Below the pieces are notes generated by a model. The model had not been told where the DNA came from, ran no database searches, and saw only the letters and a program-made list of their open reading frames with translations. Shown piece after piece: positions 1-12,810 of a stretch of DNA of 64,000 nucleotides. Made by a program: the position numbers and the translations under genes. Each line of letters starts with the position of its first letter. Position 1 is the stretch's first letter. The stretch covers positions 46,066,001 to 46,130,000 of the forward strand of contig NC_043009.1 in assembly GCF_006345805.1 (NCBI RefSeq). Reading direction: 5' to 3'. The stretch comes from Octopus sinensis (lineage: Eukaryota).

Positions 1-1294
1 TCTATTTCATATTATTACCCAACAAAGCCATACTTTTATGGAAAAATGTATATTAAATAAACAAATTTAGCTTATTAACTTACTGTGACTATCCAAACAA
101 TCAAAGAAGTGTAACATTATAACAAAGTATTTTAAAAGTTTGCTTTATAAAATAATGGGCTGATATTTTATAGACATTACTAATCATTGTTTAATAGTGT
201 AGAAAATATGAAAATGCCTAGAATTTTTTAACATCTCAGTTTAAATTTTTATTTCCTATATAGTACCAGTACATATTGGAAATTTTTTAAAATATCAGAC
301 TTTGCCATTCTACTCTCCAGCAAAACTCTGACTTTATCTCAATGCAAGAAACCGTTCTTCTAAAAGAAAATACTTTAAAACTATCAGAAAGTTCTGAAAA
401 TACTAAAATATTTTATTGGAGTCTGAAAAAATTTCAGGATATTGAAAGTAAAAAACTCTGTGAAGCCACAAGAATATCTTGGAAGCAAGAAAATAATCTA
501 TAGTTTTTATGAACTATAATAGCCTAATTTGCCTCATAGATGATATTGAAGAAAAACAAAATCAATGAGAGAAATATATTTAGCAGTCATGCATAGACTT
601 GTGAACAGAAATGAAAAAGAAAATTAGGTAAACTTGTTTTTTGTAATGCAGTTTTATAACTACATATTGTCTAACAGATGTAAGCCATTGTGGTAATTTA
701 AAACTTATTGGAGAAAATTTCAGCAAAAACTTAAATGGAACATGCTTTCTCTATTCCAATCATATGCAAAAAAAAGCTGCACAATTAGAAGTGATAAAAA
801 TAAAAAAAATATTTGCATGAATATATTTAGTTTTAGACAATACAATATGTAATAATAATACCCTCAATTGAGACAGCCATATTCTTCCAATACAGCTAAG
901 ACTGTATAAAAATACATCTAAGTACACACAGCTAAGACTATAAAAATGATTGGGTTTTCCTTTCTAAGCCTGAAAAAATTTTCCTTGTATATTTCAAAGT
1001 AGAAATGCATAGTCTTTAAATGATAACTTAGAAGATATCCATGTTTCTTGCTCACATCAGAAAAACACCAGCTCATAACAAGTGTCTCACTAACAAGGAC
1101 TCATTGATCAAACGATGTTCTTTTTTTGCATATTCTGCTTTATTCTTGAATATTCTGCGTCTATTCCATCTCTTCATTTATCCACACTAACTGTTCTTAC
1201 TATATTTCACATTTGGCCTGTATGTTTAAAACTTAATTCAAGCCTCCTTTGGAACTACAAATTTGTTCTCAGATTTTCCCATCGACTACGGACT

Positions 1295-1313
1295 ATATAT
1301 ATATGTATATATG

Positions 1314-1365
<52 letters not shown>

Positions 1366-1383
1366 TGTGTGTGTGTGTATGTG

Positions 1384-1417
<34 letters not shown>

Positions 1418-1430
1418 TGTATGTATGTAT
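1295..1430. repeat. (TA)/(TG)/(TATG) compound microsatellite
   Basis: Direct reading. Confidence 0.95.
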
Positions 1431-1596
1431 CTTTAAGTATCCCTTCAGTATGTTATTTTACTCAAAATGTGAAATGTTATTGTTTTAGCTGATAAATGCA
1501 AACATGAAAATGGAAAGACAGCACTGGAAGTGGGCTCACTAGTAGTAGTAATAGTAGTAGTAATGATGATAATGATGATTATGATAGTAATTATAA

Positions 1597-1818
1597 TGTT
1601 CTGAATTTTGGTACAAGTCTGGCAATTTTAAGGGAAAGAAGTTAGTTGATTACATCAACTCCCGTATTTGAATGATATTTATTTTACTGATCCTGAAATG
1701 ATTAAGGGCAAAGTCAAACCTCAGCAGAAAAATTTGAACTCAGACTGTAATGAGTCTTAAAAACTACCGTGAAACACTTTTTCTGACACTCTAAAAGTTC
1801 TGCCATCTTGGGGCTGAA
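1597..1818 (-). mobile_element. Old SINE-A copy
   Basis: Degenerate GGCAAAGTCAA..TTTGAACTCAGA..TTCTGCCA. Confidence 0.7.
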
Positions 1819-2480
1819 ATAGTAATGGTAATAATACTACCACATTCATTTGTCTACTCTCTTCTTCCCTCACCCGACTTATGCATGAGAAATATTCAAC
1901 ATCCAGCTAGCATTCTAACTCTACACATTTTTCTCTCCCCAACATAATTTCCGTTTATCTGTCCCAGCTCTAAATCTGTCCCTCTTATCAAACTTCACTC
2001 TCCCTTATCACCATGCTGCTCTGTCTCCTATCCTTTAAGCTCTTTAGCCTTAAAGCTATCTCACCAAGGCTAGTGCCACACAAAAAAAAAAAAGAAGCTA
2101 GTATATGCTGTGATGTAATTTGGCATTAGGAAGGGCGTCCAACAATAGAAAACCATGCCAGAAGTGATACTGGAGCATAATTAGGTCCTCTGACTTGTTG
2201 GTTATTGTCAAATTGTCCAATCCATGCAAGCCAAGAAAGCAGACAGTATATGGTTATGGTTATAATTATGATGATGATGCTTCTAAGTAAGTCACAAAGC
2301 AAGCAACTTTTAGGTTGAGTTACTTGAAATCAGTAGGATTTGAAGTAGAATGTTAAAAAACCATTCAATGCTCTAAGAATTATGCCAATCCACTACCTTA
2401 ATATTCAATGTGCTAAGAATTCTGCTAATACTCTACCTTAATAATAATAATAATAATAATAATAGTAATAATAATAATAA

Positions 2481-2975
2481 ATGATCCAGGCTAATTGACC
2501 AGACATAGTCATTAATGAGAGGGAGATAATACTTGTGGACTAATAGATGTGTTTCCACTGATAAAAATATACCTGTAAAGGAATTTGACAAAGTAAGTAA
2601 ATATAAGGACTGGAAATTGAAATACAAAATATGTGGCATCTTAAAGTGGGAACTGTTCATGTTATTGTAACTGCCCTAGGTATGATAAAAAAGGGATGTC
2701 AGAAACCTCTAGATAAGATCCCAGGAGAACCATGTCTCAGAAAAATCCAAAAGATTGTGCAGACAAGTACTGCCCACATCCTTAGAAAAAGCCTATCAGT
2801 TTAAATGTCTGTGTTGTATTACATGAAGATATTTTGCTACTGCCCTGGCCACTTCCCCTCCCCAAGCTTTCAGTCATACTGTACCATCTCTTATCATTCA
2901 CTCACCCTATGATGCTGAATGTGTTTCAGCAAGTGATTGTAACAAACATGCAGATTAAAAGTAAAAAAAAAAAAT
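2481..2975 (+). mobile_element. 5'-truncated restriction-like-endonuclease (R4/Dong-like) LINE 3' end
   Basis: Degenerate translation PDIVI..DKVSKYKD.EIEIQNMWHLK..VIVTALGMIKKG..KIPG..IQKIVQTSTAHILRKSLSV*, a PD-(D/E)xK C-terminus. (AAT)n on both flanks. Confidence 0.8.
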
Positions 2976-3154
2976 AATAATGATGATAATGTACCAGGCA
3001 GTGGCTCTCATGGCTTCTGATCTTAACCGATTGGAAGTGTTACATATAAGTGTTACAAATGTCGGTGACTGAACAGCTCTCAGTTCATAACTGGTATTTA
3101 TTTCATTGACCTTCTGCAGAGATAAAAGAAAAAGTACCACAGCAATAATAATAA

Positions 3155-4328
3155 TGATTTCAAATTGTGGCACATGGCCAGCAATTTTGGGGGAGGGGAT
3201 AAGTTGATTACATCAACTACAGCATGTACTTATAACTGGTACTTATTTTATAGACCCCCAAAAGGATGAAATACCACTAAGCATTTTGCCCAGTGTACTA
3301 ATGATTCTGCCAGCTTGCTGGCTTAATAACAACAACAGCAACAACAACAATAATAATAATAATAACAATAATAATAATAACAATAATAATAATAATAATA
3401 ATAATAATAACGATGATGATGATGATTACAAATTTTGGCATGAGGCCAGCACTTTTGGGGAGGGGTTAAATTGATTGCCTTAACCCTAGTGTTTAACTGG
3501 TATGTATTTTATCAGCCTCAAAAGGATGAAAGGCAAAGTCAATCTTGGCAGAATTTGAATTCAGAACATAGAGATGGATAAAATGCTGCTAAGCATTTTG
3601 CCAGGTGCGCTAATGATTCTGCCAGCTCGCTGGCAATAATAATAATAATAATGATAATAATCCTTTCTTTTATCTGCTGTAGGCACAAGGTCTGAAATTT
3701 TGTGGAAGGGGTCTAGTCAATTTCATCAACCCCAGTACTTGATTTGTACATACTTTATTGACCCCAAAAGGATGAAAAAGTAAAATCAACCTTAGTAGAA
3801 TTTGAACTCACATTGTAAAACCAAAAGAAATGCCACTAAGCATTTTGTCTGGCATGCTAACAATTCTACCGGCACTAATGAAGCTAATAATAATAATAAT
3901 AATTATTATAATTATAATTATAATAATAATCATCATCATTTAGCATCCGCTTTCCATGCTAGCATGGGTTGGATGGTTCAACTGGGGTCTGGGAAGCCAG
4001 AAGGCTGCACCAGGCCCAGTCTGATCTGGCAATGTTTCTACAGCTGGATGCCCTTCCTAACGCCAACCACTTGATGAGTGTAGTGGGTGCTTTTTACGTG
4101 CCACCGGCACAGCTGCCAGACAGCGCTGGCACAAGGCCATCAGGTCCAGGGGAAGGGGTAAGTCAATTACGTTGACCTTGGTGCTCAGCTGGTACTTATT
4201 TTATTAACCTCGAAATGTTGAAAGGTAAAGTCAACCTTGGTAGAATTTGAACTCAAAATGTAAAGATGGATGAAATGCTGTTAAGCATTTTGCCCAGCAT
4301 ACTAATGATTCTGTCAGCTCACCACCAC

Positions 4329-4335
<7 letters not shown>
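3155..4335 (-). mobile_element. Array of four same-orientation tRNA-derived SINE-A copies (~3158-3324, 3425-3635, 3661-3875, 4132-4330), mostly separated by (AAT)n
   Basis: Each has the reverse complement of the GGCGAGCTGGCAGAA head, the GAGTTCAAATTC B box and the CTTTGCCTTTCATCC body. CpG-decayed. Confidence 0.85.
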
Positions 4336-4360
<25 letters not shown>

Positions 4361-4884
4361 TATCCAAAATTTGTGAGACTAATTATAGGTTCTTTGAATA
4401 AAGTTAGATAATTCCATAGTTCATGAATATTTTATTTAGTTTGACTTCAGATAATACCAATTCTAATGAATATTTGACCTTCATGGAAGTATCAGAATTA
4501 TTAGTCAAATACTTTGATTTAAATATTTAAAAGAGTTTCAGTGTTTTGATGCACAGATTATTATTAATTTAGCTTGATTCTGACAATAACTAAACATATC
4601 AGATATGAGTTTAAAAAAAAAACATCAAACAAACAAACAAAAGACAAAAGAAAATATAGTCATTTTTTTTTCTGCTACAATATTGTTTCTACATTAGAAT
4701 CATACCTGTGGAACAGTTTCAAAAACACTGGTACAGTATGGAAATATTTTAAACTAGAACCAATTTCTCTGGTTTAAAAAATTAATATCATTTGTATTTA
4801 GACTTTCTCTTTCATATTGAACCTTTGACAAAGAACCAAACACCTTTCTACTCAATCAACTCAGTGTAATTACAAGCCTGTTAC

Positions 4885-5031
4885 CATATGTATTTTGATG
4901 TTACTCCTTTCTGATATTTCAGGCGTTCCAGTTCCAGGTAGGTCTTCTTGAAGTCAATTGATTCAGCACAAATGCTTGTGTCTTGTGTCTTTTGAGAGAT
5001 ACTGTTACCAAGCATGGCAAACAAATCTTTG
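4885..5031 (-). CDS. Candidate exon (49 codons; KDLFAMLGNSISQKTQDTSICAESIDFKKTYLELERLKYQKGVTSKYIW) of an unidentified minus-strand gene, possibly the last coding exon
   Basis: Long U-rich tract then TTTAAAG| acceptor. 147 nt open with protein-like composition. TG|GTAACA donor; read-through gives W then TAA. Confidence 0.55.
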
Positions 5032-5466
5032 CTTTAAACAAAAAACCAAAAAAAAACTAACATGTACTAATAAACATAAATTTTTCAAATTGTTTCCCTT
5101 GCTTTACTTATAGCATATTCTTTAAACTGTGGTCATAGCAAGTTGTGTTCTGATGGGATTTCTATCTAGAAAAAAAAAAGTTTAAAAAATATATCTTGGA
5201 AAATCTCATTAACAATGAACAGGACCAAGAAATATGGCAGCAGGGGAGGGAAATGCTATCTTATCTTTTTTTGATGTTACCCTAATATTATCCTACCATT
5301 CTTTTTTTTACTGTTGTTCTATGATTCACCAAATATTTCACTGTCAAATGTTAACCCAGTTTTTAGTGTTCAGTTATATTTAACCCTTACCCTACTATTG
5401 TTTACTTCACGCAATGGTTTATTCTTCTTCTTATAATTACTTTTATTATTATTATTATTATTATTA

Positions 5467-5502
<36 letters not shown>

Positions 5503-6027
5503 CAACATCATTTACAGGTTGGTTTAGAACTGCTTCATATTTTTATGATTTATTTATGTATGTGGTCGACATTATTTGGATGGCTATTTACTGTGATGAC
5601 CTACTATAAGTGTTAACTTTATCCAAATACTAGCAAGCTACAGCTAAGCTATTCTTTTCACTCATTACAGAAAAAACAAAACAAATAAGATATTTCATAC
5701 TTAGACACTGTCTTATCAGTTATGTTAGTTTCTAGATCTATTTGATAAAAGTATTTGAGCACTTGAGCATAAATGGAAGAGTAAAAAAAAGTGATGAGTT
5801 AATAGTTGAAATGTCAGTGATTACAGGATACTGTATAACTGTTGTGCTCGTAGCGATCTGTCTCTAGCTAACACATTTAACTACCAGTAGCCCAGTTTAC
5901 CAAAAACCACACACTAAACAATGGTGCCATAGTATAATTCGCTGGTGTTTCATAGTACAGCTCAGTGTGATCAGTGGTACCATAGTGATATTAGTAAGTG
6001 TTTCATCAACTTGCACTTAAAACTTAC

Positions 6028-6115
6028 TTGGAGGATGAATTTTGAGATTGTGATTCTAGTTTAATTAGCTGTAGCTTCTCCTTGAAATTGGAGTCTTCAA
6101 CGATATACATAAATG
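6028..6115 (-). CDS. Candidate exon (..EDSNFKEKLQLIKLESQSQNSSS)
   Basis: Strong AA|GTAAGT donor whose phase matches the 5031 exon (AA|C = Asn). Acceptor is weak and ambiguous (6094 or 6115). Confidence 0.35.
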
Positions 6116-6242
6116 CTATTTAATGACATTTTCTGTTATTTGATATTTAATACTATACTGCATGAAATAACAGATATAGAATTGAAGTATGATTTCAGAT
6201 ACTGGGTTCAGACAAATAACAGGTGTGGTGTGCTCAGCATAG

Positions 6243-6345
6243 AATTCTATAACTCTTCTCACCCAGATAGTGGACATTATATAACCCTGATCACCTAGAT
6301 ATAAGAAATTCTATAACTTTGGTCATCTAGGTGTCTTAATTCTCT
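6243..6345. repeat. Degenerate ~32-nt tandem repeat x3
   Basis: Units (A/C)ATT(C/A)TATAAC..TCA(C/T)C(C/T)AG at 6243, 6275 and 6307. Confidence 0.55.
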
Positions 6346-6611
6346 AAGCTACATATTGAATCTATCAGAGCATTTAGAAATGTTATTTTCCTTAGACTAC
6401 CCCAAAGAAGATCATCCACGACATAATATAATATAAAGCTAGAGCTAAAAGTAAGCTCTTAAGAACCCCTAAATGATATTACAATTCTTTAATTAATTCA
6501 ATTATATATTTTATACATGTGTTTTGTATTAAGTTTATAAATTGTGCTTTTTATCTGTGATTTTTTTAAACCATAAATTCAGCCATAAATCTTCCCAATA
6601 ATTTGGCTAAC

Positions 6612-6734
6612 CTGCCGAGCTATTGTCAGTTGTATTGATGTGCTTTTTATTTTGAAAATGCCAAAAACGTCTAAAACTACAATTTCAGTGCTTAAGCAGC
6701 CAAGAATCTCTTTCATAACTTGTTCAAGTTTGTG
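6612..6734 (-). CDS. Candidate exon (HKLEQVMKEILGCLSTEIVVLDVFGIFKIKSTSIQLTIARQ)
   Basis: TTTTCCATTTCCATAG| acceptor, 123 nt open in phase 0, CAG|GTTAGC donor. Its phase does not join the 6028 exon directly. Confidence 0.4.
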
Positions 6735-7389
6735 CTATGGAAATGGAAAATGTTCTGTGTTTTTGTGTATTTTTCATGTCTCGTCTTTATTCACCATGTG
6801 TGAATTATTAAATATTTTTAATTCATATCACTTACCTCATCATTGACAAGTTTTTCAGAATACCAGGTTAGTAGCTAGGCTGTCTCTAACTAAACATCTT
6901 CCTTCTGAATAGAAAAGTTTTCGTGATATTTTAAGCTTCATGATATATTTAACTGCATCATATTTTATGCTTCATTATATCTCGAACTTCATAATACTTT
7001 TAAACATCATATCACTAAGGAAGGACAAGTGATTGCACCAAAAAATATTTTATTAACACTGAATAAATAAACATTATTGTTATGAAATTTAGCTCACCAG
7101 TTTCAATAAACTTTTTAAAAAATCAATTTTATAACTAAAAAAATCATTTCCAGAAAATTCCCATATTCATTGAAATACTCAAATGAAAAAAAAAATACTT
7201 TGATTTTTCCTGCTAACACATTGAAATCAATCAAATATCTATGAATATCCCATCACTTCAGGAAAATTTATAGATATTTGCATTTTTTTTTGTATTTTAT
7301 TCATTTATTTTTTATGTGTTGTTTGCGAACCTCTTTCAATTTACCTCTTCCACATTTTCTACTTTTCTCTCAGTAACTCATTCTGTTTC

Positions 7390-7464
<75 letters not shown>

Positions 7465-7844
7465 CTCTCTATCTCTCTATCTATCTTCACCATTTATATC
7501 CATGTTTGCCAATTGTGTTCATAGTTCCAGTTAAATAACTTCTTGAATGTAAACATATTTCTAGACCTGACAAAATATGATCAATATGAAGGAAATAATT
7601 TCTTTAATAAACTTTAAAATATTGTTATATTATATAAAAATATATGAGAAAAACAAAAAAACTCCCCAAACATTTTGATATACATGTGGTAGTTTATTGA
7701 ATGGCCAATTTATTAACTATATCTAATATCTGATAAATTGGATATTTTATATGTCGTTTGTAGCAACCAGTTTATTGCATACAGTTAGTATCTATTAAAT
7801 TGAGTATTTTATATGGTATCAACATCCCCCCTCTTCCCACTCCT

Positions 7845-8105
7845 CGCCATTATCATTGTTGTCATCATTGTCATCATCATCACCATTATCATCCCCATCA
7901 TCATTACCTTCCCTTGTCATCTTCGCCATCATTATCTTCCTCTATCATCATCATCATCATACCACATTACCACCACAACTGCTGCTGTTACCAGTGTTGT
8001 CATTGTCTTCTTCATCATCATCTTCCACCTACACCATCACCTCCACATCTTCCTCATCATCATCATCATACTGCTGCAGCTGCCAATGCTGTCATAATCA
8101 TCATT
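7845..8105. repeat. Degenerate (CAT)n tract
   Basis: Direct reading. Confidence 0.85.
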
Positions 8106-8411
8106 TTATATCTGTTCTTCCTTCTGCGGATAGGACAGACCTCACAGCATTTTCAACATCTACTGCAGTACTTTGTTATTTGGTATACACACAGCTGCCA
8201 ATGTGAGAGTTATTATGTGATTGCTTGATCTGTTGGAAATAGCAGCCAAATATTTTATCAATCACACCCTACTGTCTTCAAATATATATATATATATGTA
8301 TATAGTCAGTACAGATAAAGGGTGAAATATAATTAATCTAATAAAATCAACAAATTTCACCAAGTAGTATTTCGGTATGGAAAAGGACCATATTCAGTAA
8401 AATTATATCTA

Positions 8412-8605
8412 ATTATAACAATGAGGGTCTTTGCAACAAGTTGCTAGACCACATACTGAAAGTATTAGAAATAGCAGCCAAAGGACTGTTATTTGTAACA
8501 AATACTGTTGTCGATGGGGACATATTTTTGTAGTAAAAGAAATAACAGTCCTCTGGCTGCTATTTCTAATACTTTCGTTGTTGCAAAGACCCACATTGTT
8601 ATAAT
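8412..8605. repeat. Foldback hairpin (28-bp + 37-bp stems)
   Basis: 8412-8439 / 8578-8605 and 8458-8494 / 8540-8576, one mismatch each. Confidence 0.9.
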
Positions 8606-8631
8606 CATATATGTATATATGTAGTGTGTTT

Positions 8632-8932
8632 TTTGTTCCGTCTCGAGCCATGCCCAGCTCATAAGGGCTGGTTTCCTAGTTTCCTAGGCATATAGGTTCC
8701 CCACCTGGACGGGATGCCGGTCCATCGCAAGTGAGCTGCAAGATGCAGGTGGAAAGAGTGACAGAAAGTTGTGGCGAAAGAGTCAGCAGAAGTTCACCAT
8801 TACCTTCTGCCGGAGCCGCATGAAACTTAGGTGTTTTGCTTATAAACACACACATTGCCCGGTCTGAGATTCGAACCTGCGATCCCTCGACCATGAGTCC
8901 ACTGCTCTAACCACTAGGCCATGTGCCTCCAC
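8632..8932 (-). mobile_element. tRNA-derived SINE-D with a V-domain-like core
   Basis: Head GTGGAGGCACATGGCCTAGTGGTTAGAGC..GGTTCGAATC; core GCGATGGACCGGCATCCCGTCCAGG. Superfamily assignment is from memory. Confidence 0.8.
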
Positions 8933-9704
8933 ATTTATTTTTTCTAAAATTTTTGTTGTCTCTTACAACCTCTTCAATAGTTGTTGACTCTGTCCATTAT
9001 TGGAGCTCGGTTCTTTTTGTTTGTTTGTTTGTGCAGATGTGTGTGCATCAGTGTGCATGTGTATACACATATGTATATATGTATGTGTGTATGTATGTAG
9101 GCATGTGTGCATATATGCATATACATATGTATGCATATGTGTGTTTGTATGTATGTATTCTGCATATTCATTTATTTTCATGTGTTTATGTGTTCTTGTT
9201 TGTGCATTTGTATGTGTGTGTGTGTGTGTATTTGTGTGTGTACCACTGTCTCCTTGTGTGTACATGTTTCTACCTTCTACATGCATATGTATACATACAT
9301 ACGTATGCACACACATACATATATACATCTATCCATCCACCCGTCCATACATACATACAGATATATATATACACATGCACACTGATGTACAGACATGTGC
9401 ACAAACAAACAAATAGAACGCAGCTCCGGTAATGGATTGAGTTAACGCTTATTTAAGAGGTTGCAAGAAGCAATGAAAATTTTTGAAAAAGTAAGTAATA
9501 TGACTGGAAATTGAACCAGCGAATGTGATAATTAATAAGGCATTAAAACAGAAATACTCTCCCCAGACTATAAAATATGCTCCAACACACGAATTCACAT
9601 AAAAAATCTTGCAACCAAATCCAAAAACGAAATATATATATATAGTTGGAATTTAAAAGTAACAAACAAAACAAAAGACGAATATAGGTGTGTAAACAAC
9701 AAAA

Positions 9705-10283
<579 letters not shown>

Positions 10284-11689
10284 GTAGGAATGTAGATCAT
10301 GGCTGCAATGCTTTGGTATTAAGTCTGCTTAATCAAGCTCACATGCAGTTAAACAAAACAACACTGAGCAACAGATCTCTATTTTTGCGTCTACCATGTT
10401 TTTAACAAATATTTTCTTTTAAGCCAAATTATTATGATTTGCGATATGGTACATTGTTATTTTTTTCATTTTGGAGCAAATTCTTTACTTATACAGAGTA
10501 TTTGATTAAACTAGGTATTTAATATATCATATCTACAGGGAAAAATATGACATGTTATGTCTATTAGCTGATAAATTGCTTTATTCTATATGCTAGATAT
10601 TAGGAAGGAATTAAAAAAAGAAAGTAAAAATTATATTATTTATAGAAAGCACAACGTTCTTAAATTCAAAGACAGAAAGATTGAATTGTAGTTTTAAAGA
10701 TACAAGAAAAGCATTGTTCTGCTTGAAAAAAGAGAATGGAAACTATGATTGACTTTAAATAGCAAGAAGTGGAAGGTAGAGAGTTATAGGTGTTTTATAC
10801 AGTGTTTTTGTAGGAGAAAGCAATGAATGTATCTCCATAATTTACTTATGGTGAGCCACCATACAGTGCTACAAGTCATCGTACAGTGACTGGAAAATCA
10901 TAAGGGATGTTATCTCTTAATTCAGCTCGTAGGGTCATCTGCCTAGTGTCTGTGACTGATGAAGAGATAACTACTCCAAAATGCTAGCATCTCATAGTCT
11001 AGGTAGATCATCATCATCATCATCATCATCATTTAACGTCCGTTTTCCATGCTAGCATGGGTTGGACGGTTTGACTGGGATCTGGGAAGCCAGGAGGCTG
11101 CACCAGGCTCCAGTCTGATCTGGCAGTGTTTCTACAGCTTGATGCCTTTCCTAACGCCAACCACTCCGAAAGTGTAGATAGTTGGTAAGAATAGATAGTA
11201 TGGTTCTGTGGCTGCAGGAAATTATAATCTGTTTTCCATTCATTATTCATAAAGCATAAGGAAGATAATATTTTACGACAAAGCTTATTAGCTAGCAGCA
11301 CAAAATGGGAGGAAAAAAATCTACTGTGAGAAAAAAAGACCTGAACCTGAATGCAAGCAACTGTTTAGCTAGAATACTTATAGTATTGTTAGCTTGTCTT
11401 TGAGAATCTGATCCAGTTTTCCAAAGTGGGAGGTGTTAGTCAATACAGAATTTGTCCTATCAATTTATAGAACTAAAATTTGCAAAAGTTGTTGGCCACA
11501 GCCTTTGGGCTGAAATGTATAAAAGAATAAACAAAACATACCTCAGTTTTACAAAATGGATTTCTTTTGATTATATACAATACCAAATGTTTAAAATGTT
11601 TTTAATTCCAAGTTTAAAAAATTTTGAATTAATCTAAATTCAAACTTTAAAATTTTTAAAATTATCTTTCACTTGATTTAGTCTTTGGT

Positions 11690-12810
11690 CCGTGATTATG
11701 ATGGGGTACCACTTTCAAAAATGTTTAGTTGAACAACTCAAACCCAGCATTTATTTTTAAGTTTGGTGCTTACTTTATCAGCCTCTTTTTCTGAATCACT
11801 AAGTTACAGGGTTGTAAACAAACCAACACTGGTCATTAAGCTGTAATAGGGACAACAGACTTGTTTTTATACAATAGGTTTCTTTCTATACAATAGGTTA
11901 TTTTCAGTTTCTACCTACCAAATTTACTCACAAGGCTTTGGTCAACCCAGGACTATAGTAGAAGACACTTGCCCAAGGTGCCATGCAATGGGACAACTCT
12001 AAGGCCATATGGTTGGGAACAAGATTGTTACTTACACATCCATAGCTGCACCTATGAGCTACATTTGCATTTTTCTTTTATTCTTTAACTTGTTTCAGTC
12101 ACTTGCCTGCTGCCATGCTGGAGCACCACTTTGAAGGGTTTTTAGTTGAATAATTAACCCCAGGACTTACCTTTTAAGTCTAGTACTTATTCTATCAGTC
12201 TCTTTTGCTGAACTGTTAAGTTTTGAGGTCATAAACACACCAACACCGGTTGTTAAGCAGTGAGGGGTGGGGACAAACACAGACAAAAGACACACACACA
12301 CACACAAATATATGTCACTGCACTCTGTTGGCTATGATTTCAAGAGTTCCAGTTGATTCAATCAACAGATATACCTGCTCATGAAATTAACATGCAAATG
12401 GCTGTGTGCTCCACAAACATATGTACCCTCAAAATAGTTCTCAGGGATATTGAATGTGATATTGAATATAAGGCTGGCCATTTGAATTTAGGAACTACTT
12501 CATTTTGCCAGCCAAGTGGACTGGAAGAACATGAAATAAAGTGTCTTGCTCAAGGTCACAATGCATCACTGGGAATTGATTTCACAACCTTATGATCATA
12601 AGCCAAATGCTACTAAACCATGCACATTCACCATAGATACACACACACACACACACGATGGGCTTCTTTCAGTTTCCATCTATCAAATCCACTTACAAGG
12701 CTTTGGTTGACCTGAGGCTAAAGTAGAAAACACTTGCCCAAGGTACCACACAGTGGGACTGAACCAGGAACCATGTGGCTGGGAAGCAAGCTTCTTACCA
12801 CACAGCCACA
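11690..12810 (-). mobile_element. Two SINE-B copies (~11690-12060; split copy 12075-12310 + 12655-12810)
   Basis: AAGACACTTGCCCAAGG and GGGACTGAACC motifs. The second copy is interrupted at its microsatellite. Confidence 0.8.
12320..12630 (-). mobile_element. Older SINE-C copy
   Basis: Reverse complement of the 34988-35300 type, CpG-decayed. Confidence 0.8.

Noticed and set aside
342-503. 53-codon + strand ORF MQETVLLKEN..
   Set aside because: Short, AT-rich, no supporting splice structure or recognisable motif.
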